Positions 39,473-50,035 of a stretch of DNA of 64,000 nucleotides are shown here, piece by piece (positions within the stretch are counted from its first letter, which is position 1; each line of letters begins with the position of its first letter). The notes under the pieces are model-generated. The model did no database searches and had not been told where the DNA came from. It saw nothing but the letters and a program-made list of their open reading frames with translations. The position numbers were made by a program, and so were the translations under genes. The stretch is taken from assembly GCA_000990585.1 (NCBI GenBank), contig LBQD01000002.1, positions 56,016-120,015 of the forward strand, written 5' to 3'. This DNA comes from Candidatus Moranbacteria bacterium GW2011_GWE2_35_2-. Its GTDB lineage: Bacteria; Patescibacteriota; Minisyncoccia; Moranbacterales; UBA9337.

Positions 39473-39594
39473 TTTTTGTTTTTCTTTTTATTTGTGGTAT
39501 AATTTTAACAATAAGAAAAAATATTTTTTGAAAAAAGTGCATCCTTCTGTTTAATCGTGCGAAGTGAAAAAAAATAAACAAAAATAAAAATCGA

Positions 39595-40539
39595 ATGAAA
39601 ATTGTTAATGATTTGAATATTAGAAAGCAGGCAGATGAACTAGGCGTGAGTATTTGGCAGGCGCCAAGTTTTCTTTTTTTGCTGATGGGAATTATCGTAG
39701 TAGTGGCGATGACGGTTGTCTATTTTGCTTCAATGAATTACGGTTCGCCGGAAATTTTGATTTTCAGTGAATTTGCGGTAGTAATTATTATTTTTACTAT
39801 TGGCACTTTTATTATTCGAAATGTTGAATATATGGCAGCGGCCAACAAAATCAAATCCGAATTTATTTCAATGGCATCGCATCAACTCAAAACTCCGATT
39901 GCCGAATTGAGTTGGGCATCTGAATTGTTGATATCGAAATATAAAAAAGGATTGGGAAAAAAACAACTTGATCTTATCGGAGAAATTTCCAAAGCGAACG
40001 CACACATGTCGCGTTTGGTTGGGGATTTGCTGGACGTTGCCAGACTTGATCGCGGAGCTTTGCTTTTGGCGCAAGACAAAATCAATATCGTAAATATCGT
40101 AAAAGAAGTCCATGAAGCTGATCTTCCTTTAGCAACAGCGATGGGAGTGAAAGTGGATGTGATAATTCCCGGAAGTTTGCCGGAAATTATTGCAGACAAA
40201 AGAAGAATAAAAGTGGCAATTGATAATCTTATTTCTAACGCCATAAAATATACGGCAGATGGAGGATATGTAGAAGTTCGCTTGGAAAAAGACGGCGATA
40301 AAATCAATTTTTGCGTAAAAGATAACGGAATAGGAATTCCAGAAAAACAGCAAGACAAGGTCTTTGAGAAATTTTTTCGTAGCGATAATTCCGCTAAATA
40401 TAAAATCGAAGGAACTGGACTGGGGTTGTATATCGTGAAAAATTATGTTGAACAATCTGGCGGAAAAATTTGGTTCAAATCAATTGAAAATGTCGGATCA
40501 AGTTTCTGTTTTTCACTTCCGATTGTGAATAAAAAATAA
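39595..40539 (+). CDS. Two-TM sensor histidine kinase (HisKA + HATPase_c)
   Basis: H-box MASHQLKTPIAEL; N-, G1- and G2-boxes (NLISNAIKYT, DNGIGIP, GTGLGLYIVK); two N-terminal TM helices. Confidence 0.85.
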   Translation: MKIVNDLNIRKQADELGVSIWQAPSFLFLLMGIIVVVAMTVVYFASMNYGSPEILIFSEFAVVIIIFTIGTFIIRNVEYMAAANKIKSEFISMASHQLKTPIAELSWASELLISKYKKGLGKKQLDLIGEISKANAHMSRLVGDLLDVARLDRGALLLAQDKINIVNIVKEVHEADLPLATAMGVKVDVIIPGSLPEIIADKRRIKVAIDNLISNAIKYTADGGYVEVRLEKDGDKINFCVKDNGIGIPEKQQDKVFEKFFRSDNSAKYKIEGTGLGLYIVKNYVEQSGGKIWFKSIENVGSSFCFSLPIVNKK

Positions 40540-40556
40540 CAAATTAGTAAAAAAAT

Positions 40557-40934
40557 ATGGAAAAGAAAAAAAAGATTGTAATTATTGAAGACGAAGTAAT
40601 TTTGCGTGAGACTTTGCAGGATTTTCTTGAAAAAGAAGATTTTGACGTTGATTCCGCGGCTGATGGAGAGGCCGGAGTAGAAATGGTTATGCGAAAAAAT
40701 CCGGATTTGGTTTTACTGGATATAATTTTGCCGAAAAAAAACGGCTATGAGGTTATTACTGAACTTCGAGAAAATCAAACTACGAAAGACGTGCCTATAA
40801 TTTTACTTACAAATTTGGGCAGTATCCGCGATATTGAAAAAGCTTTGGCATTAGGTGCAACTACTTATTTAGTGAAAGCGGATTATCAGCTGAAAGAAAT
40901 CGTAGAAAAAATAAAAGGAGTATTGGAAATGTAG
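40557..40934 (+). CDS. Stand-alone response regulator receiver (CheY-like)
   Basis: IVIIEDE acidic pocket, phospho-acceptor LLDIILP, downstream T and K positions; 125 aa with no output domain. Confidence 0.85.
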   Translation: MEKKKKIVIIEDEVILRETLQDFLEKEDFDVDSAADGEAGVEMVMRKNPDLVLLDIILPKKNGYEVITELRENQTTKDVPIILLTNLGSIRDIEKALALGATTYLVKADYQLKEIVEKIKGVLEM

Positions 40935-40946
40935 GAAAAAACAAAA

Positions 40947-42713
40947 ATGAAAATTGAAAACAAACAACTCAGGGATTTTTTGTTGGATACGGATATTGTC
41001 AAAAAAGATTCCTTGGAAAAATTTTTCAAAGATGCGGAAAAAAACGGCAAAGCGTTGGGTGATTTGCTTTTGGATAACAAATTGATAGATGAAAATGAGT
41101 TGAGAAAATTGTATTCTTATATTCTTGGAATACCTTTTGTTGATTTATCCAAGGATATTATTTCTTCCGATGTTTTGCAAATTATACCGGAACCTATTGC
41201 TAAAAAATACAATATTGTCGCGTTTGAAAAAAAAGGGAATGAATTGAAAGTGGCAATGTTGAATCCTGAAGATATTCAGACGATTGATTTTATCAGAAAA
41301 AAAACCGGACTCAAAATTATTCCTTGTTTGGCAACACAAGAGAGTATAAAATCTGTAATTCGCCAGTATGAAAAAAGTTTGAAAGCGGAATTTGGAGATA
41401 TTATAGATAAAAACGCTGAACGAATGACGGTTGAAAATCAGGAGGATGGAGAAGGTATTGGAGAGGATTTGGAGAAAATGGCTCAAGGTCTTCCGGTAAT
41501 TCGTGTTGTGGATACCTTACTTAAACACGCAATATTGCAATCGGCTAGTGATATTCATATTGAGCCGGATGAAAAAGAGGTCATCGTTCGCTATCGCATA
41601 GACGGAATTTTACACGACGCGATGGTTTTACCAAAACAAGTTTTACCAGGAATTGTGGCGAGAATAAAGGTTTTATCCAATTTGAAATTGGACGAGCATC
41701 GTTTGCCACAAGACGGAAGATTCAAAATAATCAAAGACGAATATAAAATTTCTTTTCGCGTAAGTATTTTACCTGTTTTTGACGGCGAGAAAATTGTTAT
41801 GCGTCTTTTGGATGAATCTTCCAAGGGGTTAACTTTGGAAAAGATGGGACTTCAAGGACGACCTCTGGAAATTATTCATCGAGAAATTAAGAAACCCAAT
41901 GGAATGATATTGGTTACCGGACCGACCGGATCGGGAAAAACCACTACACTTTATACAATAATGGATATTATCAATACTCCGGGAGTTAATATTAGTACAG
42001 TTGAAGATCCGGTTGAATATCGGATGCCGAGAGTAAATCAAACACAGGTTAATCCGAAAATCGGACTTACATTTGCCGCGTGTTTGCGAGCACTTCTTCG
42101 TCAAGACCCGGACATTATTATGGTGGGTGAAATTCGTGATAATGAAACTATGGAAATTGCTTTGCATGCGGCAATGACGGGGCATTTGGTACTATCAACA
42201 CTGCATACTAATAGTGCTGCCGGAGCCCTTCCTCGTCTTTTGGATATGGGAGCGGAACATTTTCTTGTTGCTTCGACAGTTAATGTGATTATTGCACAAC
42301 GCTTGGTTCGTAAATTGTGTCCGGAATGTAAGCAAGAATATAAAATGGATAAAAAAGAAGTAAAAACATTGGAAGATAATTTTGATATAAAAACAGTTTT
42401 GGAATATTTGAAAGTTTGCGAGCAAACAAAAGGGTTTGTAAAAAAAGATGATAATTGGGAAGATATTCGTTTTTATAAGGCAAAAGGATGTGATCAATGC
42501 GGTAATGAAGGATTTCATGGAAGAGTGGGAATTTATGAAGTTTTAGATATTGATCCGGATATTGAAAAATTGATTACTCAATCCGCATCAACCGAAACTA
42601 TTGAAAAGAAAGCGATGGAAAATGGAATGTCGACAATGATTGAAGACGGATTAAGCAAGGCGGTTCAAGGACTTACTACGATAGAAGAAATTATGAGAGT
42701 AACAAAAGAATAA
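40947..42713 (+). CDS. pilB: Type IV pilus assembly ATPase PilB (GspE family)
   Basis: N-terminal GSPII_E_N-like domain; Walker A VTGPTGSGKTTTLY; Asp/His boxes; tetracysteine CPEC...CDQC. Confidence 0.9.
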   Translation: MKIENKQLRDFLLDTDIVKKDSLEKFFKDAEKNGKALGDLLLDNKLIDENELRKLYSYILGIPFVDLSKDIISSDVLQIIPEPIAKKYNIVAFEKKGNELKVAMLNPEDIQTIDFIRKKTGLKIIPCLATQESIKSVIRQYEKSLKAEFGDIIDKNAERMTVENQEDGEGIGEDLEKMAQGLPVIRVVDTLLKHAILQSASDIHIEPDEKEVIVRYRIDGILHDAMVLPKQVLPGIVARIKVLSNLKLDEHRLPQDGRFKIIKDEYKISFRVSILPVFDGEKIVMRLLDESSKGLTLEKMGLQGRPLEIIHREIKKPNGMILVTGPTGSGKTTTLYTIMDIINTPGVNISTVEDPVEYRMPRVNQTQVNPKIGLTFAACLRALLRQDPDIIMVGEIRDNETMEIALHAAMTGHLVLSTLHTNSAAGALPRLLDMGAEHFLVASTVNVIIAQRLVRKLCPECKQEYKMDKKEVKTLEDNFDIKTVLEYLKVCEQTKGFVKKDDNWEDIRFYKAKGCDQCGNEGFHGRVGIYEVLDIDPDIEKLITQSASTETIEKKAMENGMSTMIEDGLSKAVQGLTTIEEIMRVTKE

Positions 42714-42778
42714 TTTGTTAGTTTTTGAAATCGTTTTATATTTTTTAGAAAAGACGAAGCTAATAAGCTAAAAGTAAT

Positions 42779-44005
42779 GTGATTATGTCGAAATTTGCGT
42801 ACACAGCCAGAAGTGCCAATGGTCAATCTAAAGGAGGCGAAATCACTGCCAAGGACGAAAGAACAGTTGCCGCGCAATTGCGAAGCGAAGGTTTTTTAAT
42901 TACCTCGATTAAAATTTTGGATGAAGAAAAAACAGGAGTCAAAGTGCGTTTTTGGGATCGTTTAACAACTATTCCATTAAAAGAAAAAATGATTTTTGCC
43001 AGAAATCTTAGTGTTATGATAGCATCCGGGCTCACAGTTTCCCGCGCTGTGAATAATTTGGCAACTCAAGTTAAAAGCAAGAAGTTCAAATTAATTTTGG
43101 AAGATATATATAATGAAATTCAAGGCGGAGTAAATCTTAGTGATTCTTTGGCGAAATATCCGCGCGTATTTGATGATCTTTTTGTAAATATGGTTCGCGT
43201 GGGAGAGGTTGGTGGAAATTTGGAGGAAGTTTTAAATATTATTGCTACGCAATTGGAGAAAGAACATGAATTAAAAAGCAAAGTTATCGGGGCGTTGATT
43301 TATCCAGGAGTTATTTTGACGTTAATGTTGGGAATTGGTATTTTAATGCTAACATTTGTTTTACCGAAAATATTAGGAGTATTTGCGGATATGGACGTTG
43401 TTTTGCCCCCAATGACCCGTTTCGTTATTGGACTTAGCAACTTTTTTAGAGATCACTACGTTATTGTTTTTGGAATTGTTTTTTTTATTGTTGTCGGTAT
43501 GAAAATTTTTCTACAAACAGGATTTGGAAAAAAAACACTTGGATTTATTTTGATAAAATTTCCGGTAATAAAAAATATTGTAATAAAGGTTAATTGCGCA
43601 AGATTTTCCAGAATATACAGTTCATTGCTCAAAAGCGGAGTTTCTTCGATAGATGCTTTGAATATTGTAGCAAATACGCTTGGAAATTTTTATTATAAAA
43701 AAGCGATTCGAGACGGGATTGAGGAAATTCAAAAAGGTGTGGCTCTTAGTGTTATTATTTCAAATAATGGAATTATATTCCCGGTTATGGTTTCTCAGAT
43801 GATGGAGGTGGGAGAAGAAACAGGAAAAACTGATGATATGCTTCTTAAAATAGCAGAATTCTATGAAGAAGAAGTTAACCAGATAACAAAAAATCTTTCT
43901 TCGATTATTGAGCCGATTTTGATGATCTTTATCGGGGGAGCGGTGGGAGCTTTTGCCATTTCAATGCTTCAGCCAATGTACAGTTTGATGGAAAATATCA
44001 AATAA
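42779..44005 (+). CDS. pilC: Type IV pilus platform protein PilC (GspF family)
   Basis: Two T2SS_F-type repeats with three TM segments; size 408 aa; immediately downstream of pilB. Confidence 0.8.
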   Translation: MIMSKFAYTARSANGQSKGGEITAKDERTVAAQLRSEGFLITSIKILDEEKTGVKVRFWDRLTTIPLKEKMIFARNLSVMIASGLTVSRAVNNLATQVKSKKFKLILEDIYNEIQGGVNLSDSLAKYPRVFDDLFVNMVRVGEVGGNLEEVLNIIATQLEKEHELKSKVIGALIYPGVILTLMLGIGILMLTFVLPKILGVFADMDVVLPPMTRFVIGLSNFFRDHYVIVFGIVFFIVVGMKIFLQTGFGKKTLGFILIKFPVIKNIVIKVNCARFSRIYSSLLKSGVSSIDALNIVANTLGNFYYKKAIRDGIEEIQKGVALSVIISNNGIIFPVMVSQMMEVGEETGKTDDMLLKIAEFYEEEVNQITKNLSSIIEPILMIFIGGAVGAFAISMLQPMYSLMENIK

Positions 44006-44034
44006 TTTTTACGAATTATGAATTAATTGGGAAT

Positions 44035-45429
44035 ATGCGAATTATAAATAAAATGCAAAAAATAAAACATAAAACTAAAATATCCTTTAATAAAGGGTTT
44101 ACTATTATTGAAGCTTTGGTAGTTCTTTCTATTTTTTCCATTATTCTTGTGACTTTTTATTCCACTTTTACTCTCGGAACGCGGTATATAATTGATGCAA
44201 AAAATCGCTTAGGGGCAATTTCATTGGCGAATCAAAAAATGGAAATTGTCCGAAATCTTCAATATGACGATATCGGAACGCTTACCGGAGTACCACAAGG
44301 AGTTCTTGACGATGATTATTATGAAAATGTTAACGCAGTAAGCTATCACGTCAAAACAGATATAAGTTTTATTGATGATGTTTTTGATGGTACTGAAGGT
44401 GCAGATGTTGTCGCAACGGACTATAAAACAGTTAGGATAAGTATTTTATGGGGAGATGAGGCGGCGTCTAGGCAAGTTTTTTTACTTTCGGATTTTGTTC
44501 CTCCGGGAATAGAAACTAATATTGGCGGAGGAACATTGCGTGTTAATGTTATTGACACTCCTGCTAATGGACTTTCGGATGTAGCGGTCAATATATCCAG
44601 CGCTTCCAATGGTATAAATATATCCACATCTACTGATTCAAGTGGAACAGTTTTACGTCCCGGAATGCCAGCCGGGGATGATTATGTGATAAGTGTTTCG
44701 AAAGAAAATTATGAAAGCATAACGACTTTGCCATTGAGTCCGGATTCTGATTATGATCCGGTGGCCGATCAGAATGCTTCAATAATTGAAGGAAGTCTAA
44801 ATATAAAATCAATTATCATTGATCTTTTAGCTGATATTAATATTACAGCAGAAGATTTTTTTGGAAATCCTATTCCAAATATTTCTTTTAATCTTAATGG
44901 AGGAAGGTTGGTTGGTAATAATATTTCCGAAGGAATGCCGGGATCTTTGGAATATAATTACAATGAAGATTTATCCACTGATTCAAGTGGGGAAATAAAT
45001 ATTGATAATGTAAGTCCCGGTTTTTACGTTTTTACTCTTCCTGATGAGATAGAGGGTTATGAATTTTATGAAATGATCCCGAATGATGATATAGACAGCG
45101 ATACTTTTGTAGTAGATCCGGGATCTGATATTGACGTGAAAGCGATTTTATTGGATGAGAGTTTTGATTCTTTGTTTGTTTCGGTTTCGGATATTAGTAG
45201 CGGAACGGCAATTGAAGGTGCCAAAGTGCATCTTACTAACAATTTATTGGGATATGACATTTCTCTTATTGCCGATAAATTTGGTAAAGTTTATTTTCCT
45301 CAAGATGAAACTCCACTTGTAAAAGATAGTTATGAATTGTCAGTTAGTGCCGATGGATTTAATGATAATAATTCAACAATAAGCATAGACGGACTAAATA
45401 TGTCATATATTCAGCTCACACCTCAGTAG
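44035..45429 (+). CDS. Large prepilin-type protein (class III signal peptide) with an extended Ser/Asp-rich C-terminal region
   Basis: Prepilin motif KGFTIIEALVVLSIFSIIL (G-F-T-x-x-E); the true start may be at M 44053. Confidence 0.7.
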   Translation: MRIINKMQKIKHKTKISFNKGFTIIEALVVLSIFSIILVTFYSTFTLGTRYIIDAKNRLGAISLANQKMEIVRNLQYDDIGTLTGVPQGVLDDDYYENVNAVSYHVKTDISFIDDVFDGTEGADVVATDYKTVRISILWGDEAASRQVFLLSDFVPPGIETNIGGGTLRVNVIDTPANGLSDVAVNISSASNGINISTSTDSSGTVLRPGMPAGDDYVISVSKENYESITTLPLSPDSDYDPVADQNASIIEGSLNIKSIIIDLLADINITAEDFFGNPIPNISFNLNGGRLVGNNISEGMPGSLEYNYNEDLSTDSSGEINIDNVSPGFYVFTLPDEIEGYEFYEMIPNDDIDSDTFVVDPGSDIDVKAILLDESFDSLFVSVSDISSGTAIEGAKVHLTNNLLGYDISLIADKFGKVYFPQDETPLVKDSYELSVSADGFNDNNSTISIDGLNMSYIQLTPQ

Positions 45430-45433
45430 GTTA

Positions 45434-46081
45434 TTGAATAAAATAAATAAAATGATTTCTAAAAAAAACAAGATAGGAATGTCTTTAGTTGAAATGATTA
45501 TGGCTATTGCGATTTTTTCTATCGGAATTGAAGGCTTTTCGTTACTTTTTGTGAAGAGTTGGAAAATAAATTCATTTGTTATTGAGGAAGGGGAGGCATC
45601 AATGATGGCATCGCGTGGTGTTCAAAAAATTGTAGATGTGGCTCGAAGAGCTCGGCAAGCTGATAATGGATCATATCCGATCGTTTCCGCTAACGATAAT
45701 GATTTTATTTTTTATTGCGATATTGATAAAGATGGAGTAACTGAAAGAGTTCATTATTATAGGAATGAGAATAGTTTGTTGGTTGGAGTTACTAAGCCTG
45801 GTGGAATTCCTCCTGTTTATTCGGCAGGAGATCAATCAGTTCAAGTTATTGCTAACTATATTGCCAATGATGTCGGTCATCCAATTTTTTCATATTATGA
45901 TGAAAATTATCCCAGTGATGAAGTCAATAATCCAATGTCGGTTCCGGCATCCGTGAGTGATATACGGATGGTAAAAATACATTTGATGATAAATATCGAT
46001 CCGAATAACGCTCCTGATTATATAAATATTCAATCATTTGCGACACTTAGAAATCTTAATGAATATGATCGTGCTGATTAA
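45434..46081 (+). CDS. Prepilin-type pseudopilin / minor pilin
   Basis: KIGMSLVEMIMAIAIFSI matches the prepilin cleavage / N-methylation motif. Confidence 0.65.
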   Translation: MNKINKMISKKNKIGMSLVEMIMAIAIFSIGIEGFSLLFVKSWKINSFVIEEGEASMMASRGVQKIVDVARRARQADNGSYPIVSANDNDFIFYCDIDKDGVTERVHYYRNENSLLVGVTKPGGIPPVYSAGDQSVQVIANYIANDVGHPIFSYYDENYPSDEVNNPMSVPASVSDIRMVKIHLMINIDPNNAPDYINIQSFATLRNLNEYDRAD

Positions 46082-46099
46082 TAAAAAATATATTTATTT

Positions 46100-47608
46100 A
46101 TGAAAAATCAAATCAATTATTATAAAGGAAGCGCTTTGGCATATATTTTAATTATAATGTCGGCAGTTATGATTATTTTGGTTTCAATGATTCAATTTGT
46201 TGTATCTCAATTGAAATACAGTCAATATGAAGCAGCCAGAGAAGAAACTTTGCAAATTGCTGAAGCTGGAATTTATTTTTATCGCTGGTATTTGGCGCAT
46301 GAGGTTGAAGGAAAAACAGCCTCTCAGGTGAAAGATTTTTGGGAGAATCAAAGCCCTCTTGGCGTTAGTGATCCGTACGTGAGAGATTACAAAGATCTTC
46401 AAGGTGGTGTTATAGGTCAATATAGTATCGAAGTAATTCCTCCCGATCCTAATTCTACAATCGTGGTTGTTCAATCTACTGGTTGGACGGTAAAAAAACC
46501 AACACTGCAAAGAACAGTGCGTGTGCGATTCAGGCGTCCTTCGTGGAGTGAATATATGGTTTTAAGCAATGCCAGTATTCGTTTTGGTGATGGTACGGAA
46601 GTTTTTGGATTGTTGCATTCTAATGGAGGAGTAAGATTTGACGGAATAGCTCATAATATTGTTTCTAGTTCGCAAGAAACTTATGTAGATCCGGATACCG
46701 GAATAACTCGTCCGGGAGTTTGGACATCATGGGATGATGAATATAATGATAATATGGATGGTGAGGTGTTTGGCGCAGGGAAGGAATTTCCGGTTTCGGA
46801 AGAAGATTTTAACGGAGTGTCAGCTGATTTAGCTCTGATGAAATCGGATGCAAATGTTGGAGTTAATGGCAGTATATATTTTGGGCATGGGGGAAAGGGT
46901 CAACACATAATTTTAAATGATGATGGAACTTTTGAGGCAAGAACAGTAAATCAATATGATTCATTTACAAAATCGATAATTAATTACGCGAATGCATGGT
47001 CAACGCATAATATACCAGATGGGGGGGTTATTTTTGTGGAAAATAATGTTTGGTTGGATGGAAAGATAAATAATGTTCGAGTGACTGTAGCGGCGGCGGA
47101 TATTGTTGGAGGTGATGGAGCGAGTGTTTATATAGGTAATGATATTAGCTATACGAATTATGACGGAAGTGATGTATTGGGAATAATAGGTCAAAATGAT
47201 ATTGAGATAATTAAAGATAGTGAAGATAATCTCAAAATAGATGCAGCTATGATTGCTCAGGCGGGAAGAGTAGGTAGAAGTTTTTATTCTACATATTATA
47301 AAGCGGGAAATGGAGGAGAAAAGGGATGGAAGATTAAAAGTGGAAATTCTTTTGAATGGGGAAATGGAAGCGGGTGGTATTTTTGTCCGTGTGACGATCT
47401 TTCTTGCTGGGACCATAAAGACACGATAACTGTTTATGGAGCAATAGCAACTAACAATCGATATGGATTTGCAATTTTAGATTCATGTCCACGTTCGTCG
47501 GGATACGTAAATCGAAATTTGATCTATGACAATAATTTACTGTATTATCCGCCACCATATTTTCCAGCCAGTCCAGAGTATTCCCTAGATATGTGGGATG
47601 AGTTATAA
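46100..47608 (+). CDS. Large pilus-associated protein with an N-terminal pilin-like TM helix (PilX-like minor pilin candidate)
   Basis: KGSALAYILIIMSAVMIILV is a pilin-like hydrophobic N-terminus, but it lacks the conserved Glu at +5. Confidence 0.4.
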   Translation: MKNQINYYKGSALAYILIIMSAVMIILVSMIQFVVSQLKYSQYEAAREETLQIAEAGIYFYRWYLAHEVEGKTASQVKDFWENQSPLGVSDPYVRDYKDLQGGVIGQYSIEVIPPDPNSTIVVVQSTGWTVKKPTLQRTVRVRFRRPSWSEYMVLSNASIRFGDGTEVFGLLHSNGGVRFDGIAHNIVSSSQETYVDPDTGITRPGVWTSWDDEYNDNMDGEVFGAGKEFPVSEEDFNGVSADLALMKSDANVGVNGSIYFGHGGKGQHIILNDDGTFEARTVNQYDSFTKSIINYANAWSTHNIPDGGVIFVENNVWLDGKINNVRVTVAAADIVGGDGASVYIGNDISYTNYDGSDVLGIIGQNDIEIIKDSEDNLKIDAAMIAQAGRVGRSFYSTYYKAGNGGEKGWKIKSGNSFEWGNGSGWYFCPCDDLSCWDHKDTITVYGAIATNNRYGFAILDSCPRSSGYVNRNLIYDNNLLYYPPPYFPASPEYSLDMWDEL

Positions 47609-47651
47609 TATAAGTGAAAACCACTAACAAAAAACAAACAATAAATAAAAA

Positions 47652-48740
47652 ATGTCTTTTTTTAATAAAAAAATTATTGATTTTTCCGATAATGCTTTTG
47701 GTTTGGATTTGAGTGATTTATCGGTGAAGGTTGTACAGATGGAGGAGTCGGGAAAAATTTTAAAAGTTAGAAGTTTTGGGAGTGAAAAAATAGCGCCGGC
47801 AAGCATATCTGACGGAGAAATTTTGAATAAAAAAAATGTTATCGATGCTATTGAAAAGGCGATAAAAAATGCCGGACCGAAAAAAATAAAAACAAAAAAA
47901 GTAATTTGTTCCTTGCCTGAAACGAAGGCTTTTTTGCGTATAATCAATATTCCAAAAATAAATTCGGATGAGGTAAGAGAAGCGATAAAATGGGAGATCG
48001 AGGCAAATATTCCGGTAGCTCTCGATCAGGTTTATTATGACTGGCAAGTGCTTGATGAAAAATTGGGCACAAATATGGAAAATAAGATGAGTATTTTGGT
48101 CGTGGCTGTTTCAAGGAAAACGATAGATCAATTTATTGAAACATTGGAAGCAGCCGGATTGGAGGTTATTGGGCTAGAAATTGAATCTGTCGCTCAATCG
48201 CGCAGTCTTTTGAGCGGATCGAAGCAAGACGGAACTGTTTTAGCTGTTGATCTGGGGGATCGAAGGAGTAGCATTTCAATATCTTATAATGGAATTCCTT
48301 GCTTTACTTCGAGTAATCCGGTTTCCGGGCAATCAATTAGTGGGGTTATTGCAAAGAATTTGAATATTTCATTTGAGGAAGCGGAAAAGATTAAATTTGC
48401 CAAAGGAATAGGTTCTTTTGTTAAAGGGGACGGAATATTTTTGGCAGTGAGTCCGGTAATTGAAAATCTTATTTCCGAAATTGAGAAATCTTCTGATTTT
48501 TATTTGTCAGGCTTGCAATATTCAAAGAATGTTGATCGAGTGATTATTTGCGGGGGAGGAGCTAATACTAAAGGATTGATTCCATATTTGTCAAAAAGAT
48601 TGAGCAAAGAAGTTGAAATAGGCAGCCCATGGATTGCGGAGGATATAAAAAATAAAATTCCCATAATGAACAAAGATGAATCTGTACAATATGCGACTGC
48701 GATAGGACTAGCTCTTATGAATTATATTTCAAAGCGGTAG
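47652..48740 (+). CDS. pilM: Type IV pilus assembly protein PilM (actin-like ATPase fold)
   Basis: N-terminal FGLDLSDLSVKVVQME; 362 aa; position upstream of pilN/pilO-like genes. Confidence 0.75.
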   Translation: MSFFNKKIIDFSDNAFGLDLSDLSVKVVQMEESGKILKVRSFGSEKIAPASISDGEILNKKNVIDAIEKAIKNAGPKKIKTKKVICSLPETKAFLRIINIPKINSDEVREAIKWEIEANIPVALDQVYYDWQVLDEKLGTNMENKMSILVVAVSRKTIDQFIETLEAAGLEVIGLEIESVAQSRSLLSGSKQDGTVLAVDLGDRRSSISISYNGIPCFTSSNPVSGQSISGVIAKNLNISFEEAEKIKFAKGIGSFVKGDGIFLAVSPVIENLISEIEKSSDFYLSGLQYSKNVDRVIICGGGANTKGLIPYLSKRLSKEVEIGSPWIAEDIKNKIPIMNKDESVQYATAIGLALMNYISKR

Positions 48741-48800
48741 TTTTTTTATATAATTTTAAAAGGAGGTTATCAATAATCTTTCTAAATAAAATATCAACAG

Positions 48801-49361
48801 ATGAATATATATTTAAATCTTTTGCCGGAAGAAAGAAAAGAAAAGCTAAAAAGAAAAAAACTTTTCTGGCTTATTATCAGGCACGAATTATTGCTTTGTT
48901 TCGCTGGATTAGTCTTTTTGGCAATACTTTTTAGCGCTAATTTTATTCTTAATTTGCAAAAAAAATCTTTAGACAATATTTATGCAATGGAAATATCTCG
49001 TAAAGAATATCGCGAAATAGAAAAGTATGAAAAAGCATTCGAAGAAGAAAATATTAAAATAGATAATTTTTTTATGTTACAAAAAAAACATCTCGATTGG
49101 CTGAATGTCTTGAATGAATTGGCCAAGGTTTTTTCGGATGATATAAAATTAAGCGAATTTGTTTCCGAGGATATAAAAATAAGTATTGCCGGAAAAGCCA
49201 GCACTCGTGAATCTCTATTAGATTTGAAAAATAAAATAGAAAATTCCGAATGTTTTTTTGAAACGGAAATTCCACTTTCAGATATTGTCGCTAAAAATAA
49301 TATTGATTTTGAAGCAGAGTTCAAAATAGAAGAAAAATGTATAAAAACAAAAAATAAATGA
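48801..49361 (+). CDS. pilN: PilN-like bitopic membrane protein
   Basis: Single TM (LFWLIIRHELLLCFAGLVFLAILF) followed by a periplasmic coiled region; synteny with pilM. Confidence 0.55.
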   Translation: MNIYLNLLPEERKEKLKRKKLFWLIIRHELLLCFAGLVFLAILFSANFILNLQKKSLDNIYAMEISRKEYREIEKYEKAFEEENIKIDNFFMLQKKHLDWLNVLNELAKVFSDDIKLSEFVSEDIKISIAGKASTRESLLDLKNKIENSECFFETEIPLSDIVAKNNIDFEAEFKIEEKCIKTKNK

Positions 49362-50029
49362 TAAATTTTTGGAAAAAACAAAAGCAAAATATACTTATTC
49401 TAGGACTTCCGCTTATCGGTTTGGGTATTGTATTTTTTTTAATAATTCCACAAAAAAGAAGTATAGAGTATAGGGTTAATGAAATTCAAAAAATGATTGT
49501 ACGACATGAGGATAAAATTAAGAAAATTTCAGAAATTGATAGAATGAGACAACAATATGAACTTATTGAAAAAAGCGAAAAAGATATCGGTATTATTTTT
49601 TCTTCTGATAAGGTTGTTGAGGTTATAGAAAAAATTGAAAAAATGGCCGAAGAAACGGGAAATAAAATTTCTATCGAAATTAATGAAATTGAAAAAGATG
49701 AAAAAAAATCAACTGATAATAAAAAACAAAATAATATTTTGCAGCCAGCGGTGGAAAATTATATTACTATGAAGATAAAAATAGAAGGAAGTTTTCGAAA
49801 TTTAGTCGAATTTGTCAATAAAGTAGAAAAATTTGATTATTATGCAGATATTTTTTCATTACAAACAACAATTGAGAAGCCGACATCTGTGAATTATAGC
49901 GGTTCTTATATTAATCCGTTTGTCGGGGGTGTGGCAGTGCCTAAAGAAAAAGAAGTTGAAAAATTAATAAATGAACAAGGAGAAAGGATTATATATTCGA
50001 CGCTCAATATTTTATTTTATATGAATTGA
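49358..50029 (+). CDS. pilO: PilO-like bitopic membrane protein
   Basis: Single TM plus coiled-coil region; overlaps the pilN stop (ATGA); synteny. Confidence 0.5.
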   Translation: MINFWKKQKQNILILGLPLIGLGIVFFLIIPQKRSIEYRVNEIQKMIVRHEDKIKKISEIDRMRQQYELIEKSEKDIGIIFSSDKVVEVIEKIEKMAEETGNKISIEINEIEKDEKKSTDNKKQNNILQPAVENYITMKIKIEGSFRNLVEFVNKVEKFDYYADIFSLQTTIEKPTSVNYSGSYINPFVGGVAVPKEKEVEKLINEQGERIIYSTLNILFYMN

Positions 50030-50035
50030 AAATGT

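Noticed and set aside
39300-39581. 93-aa minus-strand ORF upstream of the histidine kinase
   Set aside because: It is composed almost entirely of the large inverted repeat and A/T runs, so the ORF is most likely non-coding.
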